Assembly (NCBI GenBank): GCA_017936925.1
Contig: JAGBEP010000013.1
Coordinates: 5,634 to 69,633 of the forward strand
DNA from: Clostridia bacterium
GTDB lineage: Bacteria > Bacillota > Clostridia > TANB77 > CAG-508
Direction of reading: 5' to 3'
DNA length: 64,000 nucleotides
Shown here: positions 20,168 through 29,952 of the stretch, one piece after another
Numbering within the stretch: position 1 is the stretch's first letter
Layout of the letters: every line of letters starts with the position of its first letter
Program-made: the position numbers and the translations under genes
Notes under the pieces: model-generated
Database searches by the model: none
Told to the model about the DNA's origin: nothing
Seen by the model: the letters and a program-made list of their open reading frames with translations, nothing else

Positions 20168-20545
20168 ATGGTTATTGCAATTTTCGCTTTTTTGGGATGT
20201 TATTACATCCTCGCCAATCTGTTTGGCGCACTGTTTCTGGCAGCAGAGGGATTTATATCTCTCATGGTTCTGGGCTGTCTTGCCTTTGGTGCTTTGGCAC
20301 TTTTTGGCGGATCTCGGTCTAGATGGGCTTGGATGCCCTGCTTTCTCTGCTTGCTCGGTTCTGTTGCTATCGAGGTTCTCGCACCTTACGAAGCTATGAT
20401 CGAAATTCTTGGTGCAATTGCCTTGGCGGTTGTCATCACAGTTTTGATCAAGAGACCTATGTTGCAGTATGTTCGCCGTGACGCTGCTCGTACGGGTGGC
20501 CCGCGTCTCAGAACATGGCAGCAGGTTCTTATCAGAATCCTGTAA
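20168..20545 (+). CDS. Small multi-TM hypothetical membrane protein with atypically high GC
   Basis: AAGGAGG RBS, own promoter and terminator, about four hydrophobic segments and a basic tail. Confidence 0.7.
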   Translation: MVIAIFAFLGCYYILANLFGALFLAAEGFISLMVLGCLAFGALALFGGSRSRWAWMPCFLCLLGSVAIEVLAPYEAMIEILGAIALAVVITVLIKRPMLQYVRRDAARTGGPRLRTWQQVLIRIL

Positions 20546-20606
20546 CCAGACACAGACTCATCGCCAAATATCGGAGGTGTCGCGTACGCGACGTGGCGAA
20601 TGAGAC

Positions 20607-20648
20607 CACCCCATATGCTGCTAACTGCAGAAATGGGGTGATTTTTTG
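20607..20648 (+). terminator. Intrinsic terminator after the 20168 ORF
   Basis: CACCCCAT...ATGGGGTG stem followed by a T-tract. Confidence 0.75.
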
Positions 20649-20732
20649 TCTTTATTTTTGTTAGTTTTTTCAATTTTAATAGATGTTAAATTTACTTGTA
20701 TAATCAACTTTTCATAATTATTCAAATATGTT

Positions 20733-21398
20733 TTATTCTAAAATTGTGGTACCTGTTGCACCTTTTCCCACTACTTCAGACATTAAGCTATTCCATGTTA
20801 TCGGTCCTATTTTTCCATCTTGATTTAGTCCGTTATTGCCTTGATATGTTATCGTTGCGCTTTGCGTTCTGTTTCCAAAAATTCCATCTAATCCACCGGT
20901 TTGTAAGCCTAATGTATTTAGTGCATCTTGTGCTATTAAAACGTATATTCCTCTGCTACCGAAAAGTGTTAGTGGATAACCGCTTGCAATCCATCTGTTA
21001 TCAAAATGTACCCATCTTGGTGTTAGATTTGCTGGCTCTACATATCTCCAATACCCTGAATTTTTTGCTAATGTTCTCATATAGTTTCTAGAAGATTCAT
21101 TTAAGTTTTGTCCTACATCAAAAGCCACTCCTGCATAATGTTGGCTTAATATTCCATGACCTCCTTCCCAACATCTTTTAAAGACAAATCCCACATATAT
21201 TGGCCTTCCATATAGCGTTCTAAAATTATTCCAACTTTGCATTGTTCTTCTATCTGTCCAAAGAAGATTGCTTTGACTAGATCCTCTGAATTCTTTTACT
21301 TTCAATGTTCCATTATTATATGGCATCGCCTCATTTTCTCCTCTATAGTATGTTTCCATTCTGTTTGTTTGATTATTATATATTAAAATTTTAGCCAA
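20733..21398 (-). CDS. M15-like Zn peptidase fused to a peptidoglycan-binding domain
   Basis: SQHYAGVAFD (HxxxxxxD) and WVHFD motifs; C-terminal DGIFG...YQ...GL..DGKIGPITW; TTG start after GAGGTG. Confidence 0.8.
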   Translation of the reverse strand: MAKILIYNNQTNRMETYYRGENEAMPYNNGTLKVKEFRGSSQSNLLWTDRRTMQSWNNFRTLYGRPIYVGFVFKRCWEGGHGILSQHYAGVAFDVGQNLNESSRNYMRTLAKNSGYWRYVEPANLTPRWVHFDNRWIASGYPLTLFGSRGIYVLIAQDALNTLGLQTGGLDGIFGNRTQSATITYQGNNGLNQDGKIGPITWNSLMSEVVGKGATGTTILE

Positions 21399-21477
21399 TA
21401 AAATCACCTCTTTATATAATATTGGTTTTTGGCTTTTTTTGTTATATTAAAAAAAGAATGTTTTTAAAACATTCTTT

Positions 21478-22116
21478 TTACATATAAATTTCGCATTTAA
21501 TATCTTCTTCATCTATTAGTTCTTTAAATAAATATCCATCTTCTGGATTTCCTACAATTGAGCCGTAGTGTGTTGGAATCACGTATTTAGGCCAAATTTT
21601 TGTTGCTAAGTTTGCTGCTTCTATATAATTCATTGTATATGTACCGCCTACTGGTAAAAATGCTACAGTACATTCAACTTTTCTTGCTTCTTTGGTGTCA
21701 TCCGTATCCCCAGCTATATAGTATTTAACTCCATCTATATCTAGAATATAACCTACCCAATTTTTGCTTTTGGGATGAAAGTCTTTGTGTTTATTATATG
21801 CTGGCACTGTTGATATTTTTATATCTTCATATTCAAATTCTTCATATGGTTTTGCATAGTAAATGTTTTCTTCTATAAATCCAATTTTTTCTACTTCTGA
21901 TTTGCAATCTTCTGTTGTAATTATTGCTGTTTTTTCATTTGCTACAGCTTTAATATCTGTTGGTGAAAAATGATCATAGTGCGAATGCGTACATAATATT
22001 AAGTCAGCATCATGAATAGGTATATCAATTTGAAATGGATCAATATAAATTATTTTTTCTTTTACTATTTTGATACTATTATGTTTTAAGACATATATTC
22101 CATCTAATTCTGACAT
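21478..22116 (-). CDS. MBL-fold metallo-hydrolase
   Basis: IDP, THSHYDH, YIAGDT and IPTHY motifs. Confidence 0.88.
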   Translation of the reverse strand: MSELDGIYVLKHNSIKIVKEKIIYIDPFQIDIPIHDADLILCTHSHYDHFSPTDIKAVANEKTAIITTEDCKSEVEKIGFIEENIYYAKPYEEFEYEDIKISTVPAYNKHKDFHPKSKNWVGYILDIDGVKYYIAGDTDDTKEARKVECTVAFLPVGGTYTMNYIEAANLATKIWPKYVIPTHYGSIVGNPEDGYLFKELIDEEDIKCEIYM

Positions 22117-22196
22117 ATTTTCTCCTTTTCTTTTTTTACAAGTATACTAAATTTGAATATAAAAAGAAATATGTTTGTGACATATTTCCCCTTATT

Positions 22197-22334
22197 TTAT
22201 TCTATATCTTTATAGTATTCTGTTATTAAATCGTCTAATTCTACACTTATTGCATATATTATTTCATAGTTTTCACCATTTTGTATACTTTTATTTAATT
22301 TTTCTCTAAGTTTACAAATTTTTTCGTTTATCAA
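22197..22334 (-). CDS. Spo0E-like aspartyl-phosphate phosphatase (45 aa)
   Basis: Not in the ORF track. MINEKICKLREKLNKSI...IYAISVELDDLITEYY has an SQELD-like motif; AAAGGAG RBS and TTG start. Confidence 0.78.
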   Translation of the reverse strand: MINEKICKLREKLNKSIQNGENYEIIYAISVELDDLITEYYKDIE

Positions 22335-22456
22335 GTAAAATCACTCCTTTTATTCTACAAAACTATTCCCTTATTTTCCTTAAAATACCATATTTTTACA
22401 GTGCAGTCAACGCTTTTTCAGAGTATTTGACAAACTTTCGTGCGACAAATTTTGCG

Positions 22457-23737
22457 TTATTCGTCACTTTCTTTCGGTTTTATACATGATATGACGTAAT
22501 TTTCCTCTTTAAACACTTCTTTTTGCACTTTTTCTAAGTATTCTTTTGAAATAATTTTATAATTTTCGATATATTCAAAAGGATTTACTTTTTTAAAGTA
22601 GTTTGATGTAAACATTATTGCCTCTTGATCTACATTGTTAAATTCTCTTACATACATCCCATATAGTTTTCTTTTTGCTCTTTCAAAATTTTTTTCTTCT
22701 ATACCTTGTTTTTCTGAATCTTTTATTGTTTGTTTTAATAATTTTTCTACTTCTTTTATATTTTCACTTTTTCCTTGAATTAAAACATGTGCATAATTTC
22801 TTCCCCATTCAAATGATGTTGATAAGTTTTCATAAATTAAACCTCGTTCATAAAGTTCTTTATAACATTTTGAACTTTCGCCAAATAGAATTTCTAATAA
22901 TATTTCTATTGCCAAGCTTCTTTTTACTTTTTCTTTTTCTATAGGATTTACTTTATATGCAATTGAAAAAATAGATGTAGATATATCCATTTTTTCGGAT
23001 ATTTCTTTTTTATTTATTTTAAATTCTTCTTGTTCTTCTATGACTTGTGCTTTTAATTTGCTTTTTATTGTAATTTTGGTTTTGATTTTTTCTATTGTTT
23101 GTTCTGGATTAAAATCTCCTACTAGAGTCAATATCATATTTTCTGGAACGTAAAAATTATTATAGCATTCATATAATATATCTTTGGTTATTTTTTTTAT
23201 GCTTTCTACACTTCCGGCTACATCTATTCTTATTGGATTTATTTTGTATAGTGCTTTCATGCAGTTTATATATACTTTCCAATCTGGTTCATCATTATAC
23301 ATATTTATTTCTTGAGTAATAATTCCTTTTTCTTTTTCAACATTTTCATTTGTAAAATATGGGTTTTGCACATATTTTAGTAATTCTGCCAATGCTTCTT
23401 CAAAATTATTAGTACATTCAAAAAGATATGCAGTATGGTCATTTGTTGTATATGCATTTGCTTCTACTCCTAAAGCTGATAATGTGTCTAAACTGTTTGT
23501 CCCATTTTCTTGTTCAAATAATTTATGTTCTAAAAAATGTGCTACTCCATCTGGAATAATAGTTTCTTTATCTTCATCTGATTTTATAAATTTATTATCA
23601 TTTGAGCCATATCCAACAGCGCATATTGCATATTTTTTTCTAGTGTTTGTTTTTGGTATGCACATAATTGTAAATCCAGATTTTAATTTCTCGATATATA
23701 TTTTTTCTTTTATTAACTTATTTTCAATTATCTGCAT
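22457..23737 (-). CDS. ymfH: M16 family Zn peptidase (YmfH-like)
   Basis: PDGVAHFLEHKLFE, NAYT and EKEKGII motifs. Confidence 0.85.
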   Translation of the reverse strand: MQIIENKLIKEKIYIEKLKSGFTIMCIPKTNTRKKYAICAVGYGSNDNKFIKSDEDKETIIPDGVAHFLEHKLFEQENGTNSLDTLSALGVEANAYTTNDHTAYLFECTNNFEEALAELLKYVQNPYFTNENVEKEKGIITQEINMYNDEPDWKVYINCMKALYKINPIRIDVAGSVESIKKITKDILYECYNNFYVPENMILTLVGDFNPEQTIEKIKTKITIKSKLKAQVIEEQEEFKINKKEISEKMDISTSIFSIAYKVNPIEKEKVKRSLAIEILLEILFGESSKCYKELYERGLIYENLSTSFEWGRNYAHVLIQGKSENIKEVEKLLKQTIKDSEKQGIEEKNFERAKRKLYGMYVREFNNVDQEAIMFTSNYFKKVNPFEYIENYKIISKEYLEKVQKEVFKEENYVISCIKPKESDE

Positions 23738-25025
23738 TTTTTCCTCCGCTTTTTAAAAAATATATTGTATTTATTTGTATTTTTTTGGCAAATTCTATTA
23801 CCTGATTTTTAGTCACTTTTTTAATATTTTCTTTATATTCTTCTAAACTTAATGGTAATTTTGATAGTTCTTGTCCAAATTTAAAAAGAATTTGTGAATC
23901 TTGTTCTTCATTTATAGAATCTATTCCTGAAAGAATATATTCTTTTGACTTTCTTATATCCTCTTCTGTGAAGTCTCCTTTTTCCATGTCTTCTAATAAT
24001 TTTTCGATAAGTTCTACTGTTTTTTCATATTTTTCACATTCTATACCACATCTTATAAATATGTTATTTTTTTGTACTATATATTCTGATTTAGTAGTAT
24101 ATGCCAAACTTTCTTTTTCTCTTACAATTTGAAACAATTTTGAATTTACACCATTTCCAAATATTGAGTTATATACTATTGCAATAAATCTAAAGTCACC
24201 TAAATTATTTGGTAGTATGTCTAATCCTATTACCAATTTTCCTTGTGCTATATCCATTTCTTCTTTTTTGATTTCTGGATTTTGTATTATTTCTTTTATT
24301 TCTGTTTTGTAATTATTTTTATTTAAAATATCGTTTCGTGGATTTAGGCTTTTTATTAATTTATTTTCTTTTATCTTTTGTTCTATACTTTCTTTTTCAT
24401 AGTTTCCACTAACTATGATATCTATTTTGCTTGAGCTTATTATTTTTTTATATTGCTCATATAAATTTTCTGACGTTATTTTTTCTAAGTCTCCTATTTT
24501 ACCGTATTTACTAATTCCATAACCACTATCTTTGTACATTATATTTATGCATTTTTCATATGCATATAAATCTTTTTCATCTTTAATTGAATTTATTAAT
24601 AGTTCTAAATTCTTTTTCTCTAATTTTAAGTATTTTTCATTAAATTTATTTTCTTCAATTAAAGGATTAAATACTATTTCGAATAATAAATCTATTACTT
24701 TTTCTAGATTATTATTTTTTTCAGGTAAGTATTTATCATTTATACTTTCAATATAAAATTTTAAAACTAAATTGTCTCCTGTTTTATCTAACCCACAATC
24801 AAATAATGCCCCATATAACATTTCTAATTCTTCGCTTATTGACTGATAATTTATATATTTTCTGCATCCATCTTTTAATATTGCTGGTATTAGTGCATTT
24901 TTAGTAACTGTATCTTTTTTTAACGGGATGCTTAGAAATATTACTGTAAAATCAGTTTTAAAGTTTTCATTAATAATAAGATGGAGAGATACTCCATCTT
25001 TTATTTGTTCTTTTATATAATTCAC
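23724..25025 (-). CDS. ymfF: M16 family inactive subunit (YmfF-like)
   Basis: FKT, QGKLVIG and SKLFQIVREKESLAY motifs, no HxxEH; directly upstream of the ymfH-like gene. Confidence 0.82.
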   Translation of the reverse strand: MNYIKEQIKDGVSLHLIINENFKTDFTVIFLSIPLKKDTVTKNALIPAILKDGCRKYINYQSISEELEMLYGALFDCGLDKTGDNLVLKFYIESINDKYLPEKNNNLEKVIDLLFEIVFNPLIEENKFNEKYLKLEKKNLELLINSIKDEKDLYAYEKCINIMYKDSGYGISKYGKIGDLEKITSENLYEQYKKIISSSKIDIIVSGNYEKESIEQKIKENKLIKSLNPRNDILNKNNYKTEIKEIIQNPEIKKEEMDIAQGKLVIGLDILPNNLGDFRFIAIVYNSIFGNGVNSKLFQIVREKESLAYTTKSEYIVQKNNIFIRCGIECEKYEKTVELIEKLLEDMEKGDFTEEDIRKSKEYILSGIDSINEEQDSQILFKFGQELSKLPLSLEEYKENIKKVTKNQVIEFAKKIQINTIYFLKSGGKNADN

Positions 25026-25073
25026 GTTTTTTCTCCTTAGCCTTTTTATTAGTATTACCTTATTTGTATATTA

Positions 25074-25532
25074 TTATGCTAATAATTCTTTTACGACTTC
25101 GTTTATTGTTTTTCCATCGGCTGAAGCTCCCATTTTTTCTTTTGCTGATTTCATTACTTTTCCCATGTCTTTCATTGAAGTTGCTTCTGTTTCTTTTATG
25201 ATATTTTTTACAATTTCTGTTATTTCTTCTTTAGATAATTGTTTTGGTAGATATACTTCTAAATAGCTTATTTCTTCTTTTATCTGAGATACTAAATCTT
25301 CTCTTCCACCTTTTTCATAATCAGCTATTGAATCTTTTCTCTTTTTTACTTCTTTTGCAATTAGTTCTATTATTTGTTTATCGTCTAGTTCTATTCCTTT
25401 ATCTTTTTCTATTTGTAGTATTCCAGCTCTTGCCATTTGAATTGCATTTTTCTTTATTTCATTTTTATCTTTCATTGCTTCTTTTAAATCTTCTAATAAT
25501 CTTTTTTTCATAATCTTTTTTTCGCTTTTTAT
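25074..25532 (-). CDS. GatB/YqeY domain protein (start either ATA 25532 or ATG 25511)
   Basis: KEAMK, KEVKKRKDS, YLPKQLS, KDMGKVM and ADGK motifs; downstream of rpsU. Confidence 0.9.
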   Translation of the reverse strand: MKSEKKIMKKRLLEDLKEAMKDKNEIKKNAIQMARAGILQIEKDKGIELDDKQIIELIAKEVKKRKDSIADYEKGGREDLVSQIKEEISYLEVYLPKQLSKEEITEIVKNIIKETEATSMKDMGKVMKSAKEKMGASADGKTINEVVKELLA

Positions 25533-25661
25533 AGCGAATCTCCTTTCTTTTTTTATGTACTTTGATATTATCACATTTTTCTTTCTTTCTCAATAAATTA
25601 TCACTACTTTATATTCTTTATGCATAAAAAAGAACACGTACTAAATACGTGTTCTGATTTT

Positions 25662-25832
25662 TTAAAATTTTCTTTTTCTAGCAGCCTCTGATTTTTTCTT
25701 TCTTTTTACGCTTGGTTTTTCATAATGCTCTCTTTTTCTAACTTCTTGTAGAACTCCATTTCTAGCACATTGTCTCTTAAATCTTTTTAGAGCATCTTCT
25801 ATATTACCATTATTAACTTTAATCTCTGACAT
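25662..25832 (-). CDS. rpsU: 30S ribosomal protein S21 (56 aa)
   Basis: Not in the ORF track. MSEIKV...ALKRFKRQC...[26 protein letters not shown]. Confidence 0.97.
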   Translation of the reverse strand: MSEIKVNNGNIEDALKRFKRQCARNGVLQEVRKREHYEKPSVKRKKKSEAARKRKF

Positions 25833-25962
25833 TTTATCTCCCTCCTTCCGAAGCTTAACACCATCTGTGGGATTTAACTTTTTCTTTTCTTACCGGCTAA
25901 ATGTATCTCCGATGTTAAATATTATACCTTAATATGTATAAAAATGTCAATATTAATTTTTC

Positions 25963-28287
25963 CTAAATTGTTCTTAATTTTCTTGTTCTTTTTGATTTTT
26001 CTATAATCTCATCTATTTTCTTTTTATCTTGCTCACTATGTCTTTCTGATTTTTCTATATCAAATGCTTCTTTTATTGTATCTCCCCAATTTTTTGTATG
26101 ATAATATCTAACTACTTTTTTATTTTTAGCTAACCTATATAGTTGACTTCTATTTATCTTGTCCTCATTAGATATGATTTCTTCTGAATTTAGTGTATCT
26201 AAGTCTAGTGCATATGTTGCTGCATCATTTGCATTTACTATTTTCCCTTCTCTATTTTTTCTGAACATTTTTTCTATTATTACTTTATTTAAGTTTGGTA
26301 GTTCAAAAATCATATGTCCATCTGTTGTTAATCTAGCCCTGTAATCTTTATCTATTAATGATAATAATTGTATTTTATAGCAGGGGTCAAATTCATAATT
26401 TTTACTTTCTGGTTTTGGTGGATTAACTGGATGATCTAAATTTCCTTTAGGTTCTCTTTTTCCTTTTGGCTCTCTTGTCTCTGGTTTTTCTTCTTCTGAA
26501 ATACCTAGTGTTTGGAATAGCTGATCTCTTAATTCTTGTTGATTTTCTTCATCAAACATTGTAATAATAACAGATATTTTTTCTTCATCTGTTAGTCCAT
26601 TTAATATTCCTGCTTTTATTTGATTAATATCTACTGTTCCATTGTTAGCTAGTTTTTTACTATCTGATGGTTTTAGTATGCCTTTCTTAAACATATCTAC
26701 AGCAAATTCTGTACTATTCCAATCTATAATATTTTCCATATCTACTATGTTTCTTTTATATAGTTCTATAAAGTCTTCTTCTTCCATGCTATCACCAAGT
26801 TCTATTATTACATTATTTGCAATTTCTCTTTTGGTTTCTTCATCTTTTCCTGCTAGTTTTACAGCTCTAAATAAACTGAAATATTTTTCTATTCTTGCTT
26901 TTTCTTCGGGTGTACAGTTTTCTAGTTTTCTATATTGTTTTATTAGTTCAGATTCTGTTACTAATGGTGATATTCCTTCTGCTTTTAATAAACTATTTAA
27001 TGATATATTTCCATTTAGATATAATTCTAATAATTCTTTTGGTAATAATAAGTCTTCTCCATCTGTTTTTTTCATTTTTAGTAACTCTTCTACAGTTTTG
27101 TCTTCTAATATGCTTGTAGATGTATATTCTTTTAGTTCTTCTTCTGTTATAAAACCATTATTAAATAAATATATTGCATTACTTTGATCTTGATTCATAC
27201 ATTCTCTTTTGTCTTTTTTAGTCATATTTATTAAATTTATAATTTTTGGATTTTTTATGCTTGAAAGTTTTTTCTTTCCACTTAATATTTCTTCTTTAAT
27301 GTGTTCAATTTCTTTTTTGCCATAATATGTTCCGTCCATTGCTCTTTCACTTAAAGCTTTTTCTATATCTTTTACACTATATTTTATTTCTTTTGTTCCG
27401 CCTTCTGTCATTTCTAATCTTGCTCTTATTCTAGATTTAGGATTTTTTACGCACTCTACTGCTGTTTGCATTATCTGTATAAGAGCTTCTACATTTCCTT
27501 CTGGAAAATCTTCAAGTCTCATTTTTTCTAAAGTATCTTGAGCTCTATATGCTGATACTAATAAAAATTTATCCCAGTCAATATATTCTGCATTTTCTTG
27601 TAATTCTTTTATAAATGCTGGTATATATTCTATAAAACTTTTTTCCCTTGTTGGATTTCCATTTAATATAGATAGTAGTTCTTCTCTTGTCATGCCTTCT
27701 TCATCTTTAAATGTATTGACTATAATATTTTCTCTCATTGCACTTCCTAAATCGGGTACTGTGCAATATGCTGCACCTATATCTGTTAAAACTTGAACTA
27801 ATAATAAATATTCGATATCTGTTTTATTGTCTATTTCTTTTAATCTTTCTAGTCCTGCTTTTACTTCGTCCATATGTTCTTTAGCCTTTGAAGGTCTACA
27901 ATAGTCTCTTGAATCATAAATTTGAGTTTTCATTGTAATTCCGTCTGCGTCTAGTAATAATATTGGGTGCTTTGCCAAATGTTCTTCTATTTTTTTCATT
28001 TTTAGTTCTCTATTTGTGATTTTTCCTCTTAAATCGATTCCTTCTATTGTTTTCTTTCCGCTCATCATTAAATAGTTTGCAAATATAAATCTATTCATAT
28101 TAAATTTTTTTTGATTTTTAGCTATAAAATCTACTATATCATATTGGTTCATTTCATTTTGTCTTTCAAATAGTTCTAACATTATTTTTTCATCTGTAAA
28201 GCATTGAATTACGTCTATTGTTGGTAAATATAATCCTATTTCCATTATTACATCTTTTATATCTAATTTACTTAAATCTCTTTCCAT
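25963..28287 (-). CDS. Hypothetical protein (774 aa)
   Basis: Long ORF with AAGGAGG RBS; no family recognised. Confidence 0.8.
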   Translation of the reverse strand: MERDLSKLDIKDVIMEIGLYLPTIDVIQCFTDEKIMLELFERQNEMNQYDIVDFIAKNQKKFNMNRFIFANYLMMSGKKTIEGIDLRGKITNRELKMKKIEEHLAKHPILLLDADGITMKTQIYDSRDYCRPSKAKEHMDEVKAGLERLKEIDNKTDIEYLLLVQVLTDIGAAYCTVPDLGSAMRENIIVNTFKDEEGMTREELLSILNGNPTREKSFIEYIPAFIKELQENAEYIDWDKFLLVSAYRAQDTLEKMRLEDFPEGNVEALIQIMQTAVECVKNPKSRIRARLEMTEGGTKEIKYSVKDIEKALSERAMDGTYYGKKEIEHIKEEILSGKKKLSSIKNPKIINLINMTKKDKRECMNQDQSNAIYLFNNGFITEEELKEYTSTSILEDKTVEELLKMKKTDGEDLLLPKELLELYLNGNISLNSLLKAEGISPLVTESELIKQYRKLENCTPEEKARIEKYFSLFRAVKLAGKDEETKREIANNVIIELGDSMEEEDFIELYKRNIVDMENIIDWNSTEFAVDMFKKGILKPSDSKKLANNGTVDINQIKAGILNGLTDEEKISVIITMFDEENQQELRDQLFQTLGISEEEKPETREPKGKREPKGNLDHPVNPPKPESKNYEFDPCYKIQLLSLIDKDYRARLTTDGHMIFELPNLNKVIIEKMFRKNREGKIVNANDAATYALDLDTLNSEEIISNEDKINRSQLYRLAKNKKVVRYYHTKNWGDTIKEAFDIEKSERHSEQDKKKIDEIIEKSKRTRKLRTI

Positions 28288-28459
28288 ATTGTTTTCCTCC
28301 TTTTTTTGGCAATCCTATTTTTTATTATACCATATTTTAAACGTTATGTAAACTTTTTTGCTTTATTACTTGATTCTGAGGAAAAAAATAAAGAAGTTAC
28401 ATTTTCTGTAGCTTCTTTTTATAAATTCTTTTTTATTTTTGGATCACTTTTTAGTTATA

Positions 28460-28630
28460 TTATTCAGCCTCTGGTGCTCCAACTGGACAAACGCCTTGAC
28501 ATGTTCCACATTCTATACATGCTTCTTTGTCAATTTCATAATGCTCTTCTCCTTGTTTTATGCATCCTACAGGGCAAGCTCCAGCACATGCTCCACAGCT
28601 TATGCAGTTTTCATTGATTTTGTATGCCAT
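28460..28630 (-). CDS. 2[4Fe-4S] ferredoxin (56 aa)
   Basis: Two CxxCxxCxxxCP motifs; ATG 28630 after AAAGGAG. Confidence 0.95.
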   Translation of the reverse strand: MAYKINENCISCGACAGACPVGCIKQGEEHYEIDKEACIECGTCQGVCPVGAPEAE

Positions 28631-28659
28631 AGTTATCACTCCTTTCAAGTTAATATATA

Positions 28660-29931
28660 TTATAACAACCTTTTAACTACTTTTGCAATATTTTTTTTCA
28701 CATGTTTTTCATTTATATGTAAAAGTTTTCTATTTTGCATAATTACTTTTCCGTCAACAATAACTGTATCTACATCTGCTCCATTTGCAGAATATACTAG
28801 ATTGGTGCATAAATCATTTTCTGGATATAGATGTGTTTTATTTGTATTTATGAATATGATATCAGCTTTTTTACCAACTTCTATGGTTCCTATTTCATCT
28901 TCTAGTCCTAATACTCTTGCTCCTTCTATTGTTGCCATTTTTAGTATATCATATGCTTTTATTGATGTTGGTTCCATTGTATTTATTTTTTGTATATATG
29001 CAGCTGTTTTCATTTCTTCGAACATATCTAAAGTCGTTGTACTACCTATTCCATCTGTTCCAAGTCCCACATTAATTCCATTTTTTCTAAGTTTTACTAC
29101 ATCACATACTCCTGATGATAATTTGCAATTGCTTATTGGATTGTGTGATATACCGCCTTTGATATTTTTTAATATTTCTAAATCAGAATCTGAAATATAT
29201 ATTCCATGTGCTAATACTACTGGGACATCGAATACATGTAAATCATTTAGATATTCTGTACTTGTTTTGTTATAGCGCTCTTTTATTATCTTATCTTCTT
29301 GCATTGTTTCTGATAAGTGAATATGCATTCCAGTATTTAGTTCTTTAGCTAGATCAACACATAATTGTATTGTATCTGGACTGCATGAATATGGCGCATG
29401 CGCTGAAACGTATATTTTTATTCTGCTATTTTCATAATTGTACTTTTCGTGGTATTGGCGAGTTCTTGTTAGTTTATCTTTTATTGATGTATCTGTAATA
29501 CTCCATGCAATTACTCCTCTTAATCCAGATTCTTCAACAGCTTCAATTGTTTTATCCATTCTGAAATACATATCATTAAATGTTGTTGTTCCAGTCTTTA
29601 TTAACTCTATGCATGACAAAAAAGAATTCCAATATATATCTTCTGGTCTTAATTTTTCTTCGACAGGAAAAATAGCATTTTCTAGCCAATCCATTAATTT
29701 TTGATCATCTTTATAGCCTCTGAAAATACTCATTGCAAGATGCGTGTGTGTATTTACAAATCCTGGCATTACTAGTTTTTCTTTTGCATCTATTATTTGT
29801 GCTTCTTGATCTTCTATATTTTCTTTTATTTGTACAATAATATTTTCATCTATTAATATATCAGTTTTTCTTATGTTTGGTTCATCTTTTACCATGTCTA
29901 ATAATGTTGCGTTTTTTATCAATGTTTTCAT
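28660..29931 (-). CDS. Amidohydrolase (MTA/SAH deaminase-like)
   Basis: PGFVNTHTH, HAPY, HIHLSE, AHG and GTDG motifs. Confidence 0.85.
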   Translation of the reverse strand: MKTLIKNATLLDMVKDEPNIRKTDILIDENIIVQIKENIEDQEAQIIDAKEKLVMPGFVNTHTHLAMSIFRGYKDDQKLMDWLENAIFPVEEKLRPEDIYWNSFLSCIELIKTGTTTFNDMYFRMDKTIEAVEESGLRGVIAWSITDTSIKDKLTRTRQYHEKYNYENSRIKIYVSAHAPYSCSPDTIQLCVDLAKELNTGMHIHLSETMQEDKIIKERYNKTSTEYLNDLHVFDVPVVLAHGIYISDSDLEILKNIKGGISHNPISNCKLSSGVCDVVKLRKNGINVGLGTDGIGSTTTLDMFEEMKTAAYIQKINTMEPTSIKAYDILKMATIEGARVLGLEDEIGTIEVGKKADIIFINTNKTHLYPENDLCTNLVYSANGADVDTVIVDGKVIMQNRKLLHINEKHVKKNIAKVVKRLL

Positions 29932-29952
29932 TCTTTTCTTCTCCTTAAAAGG

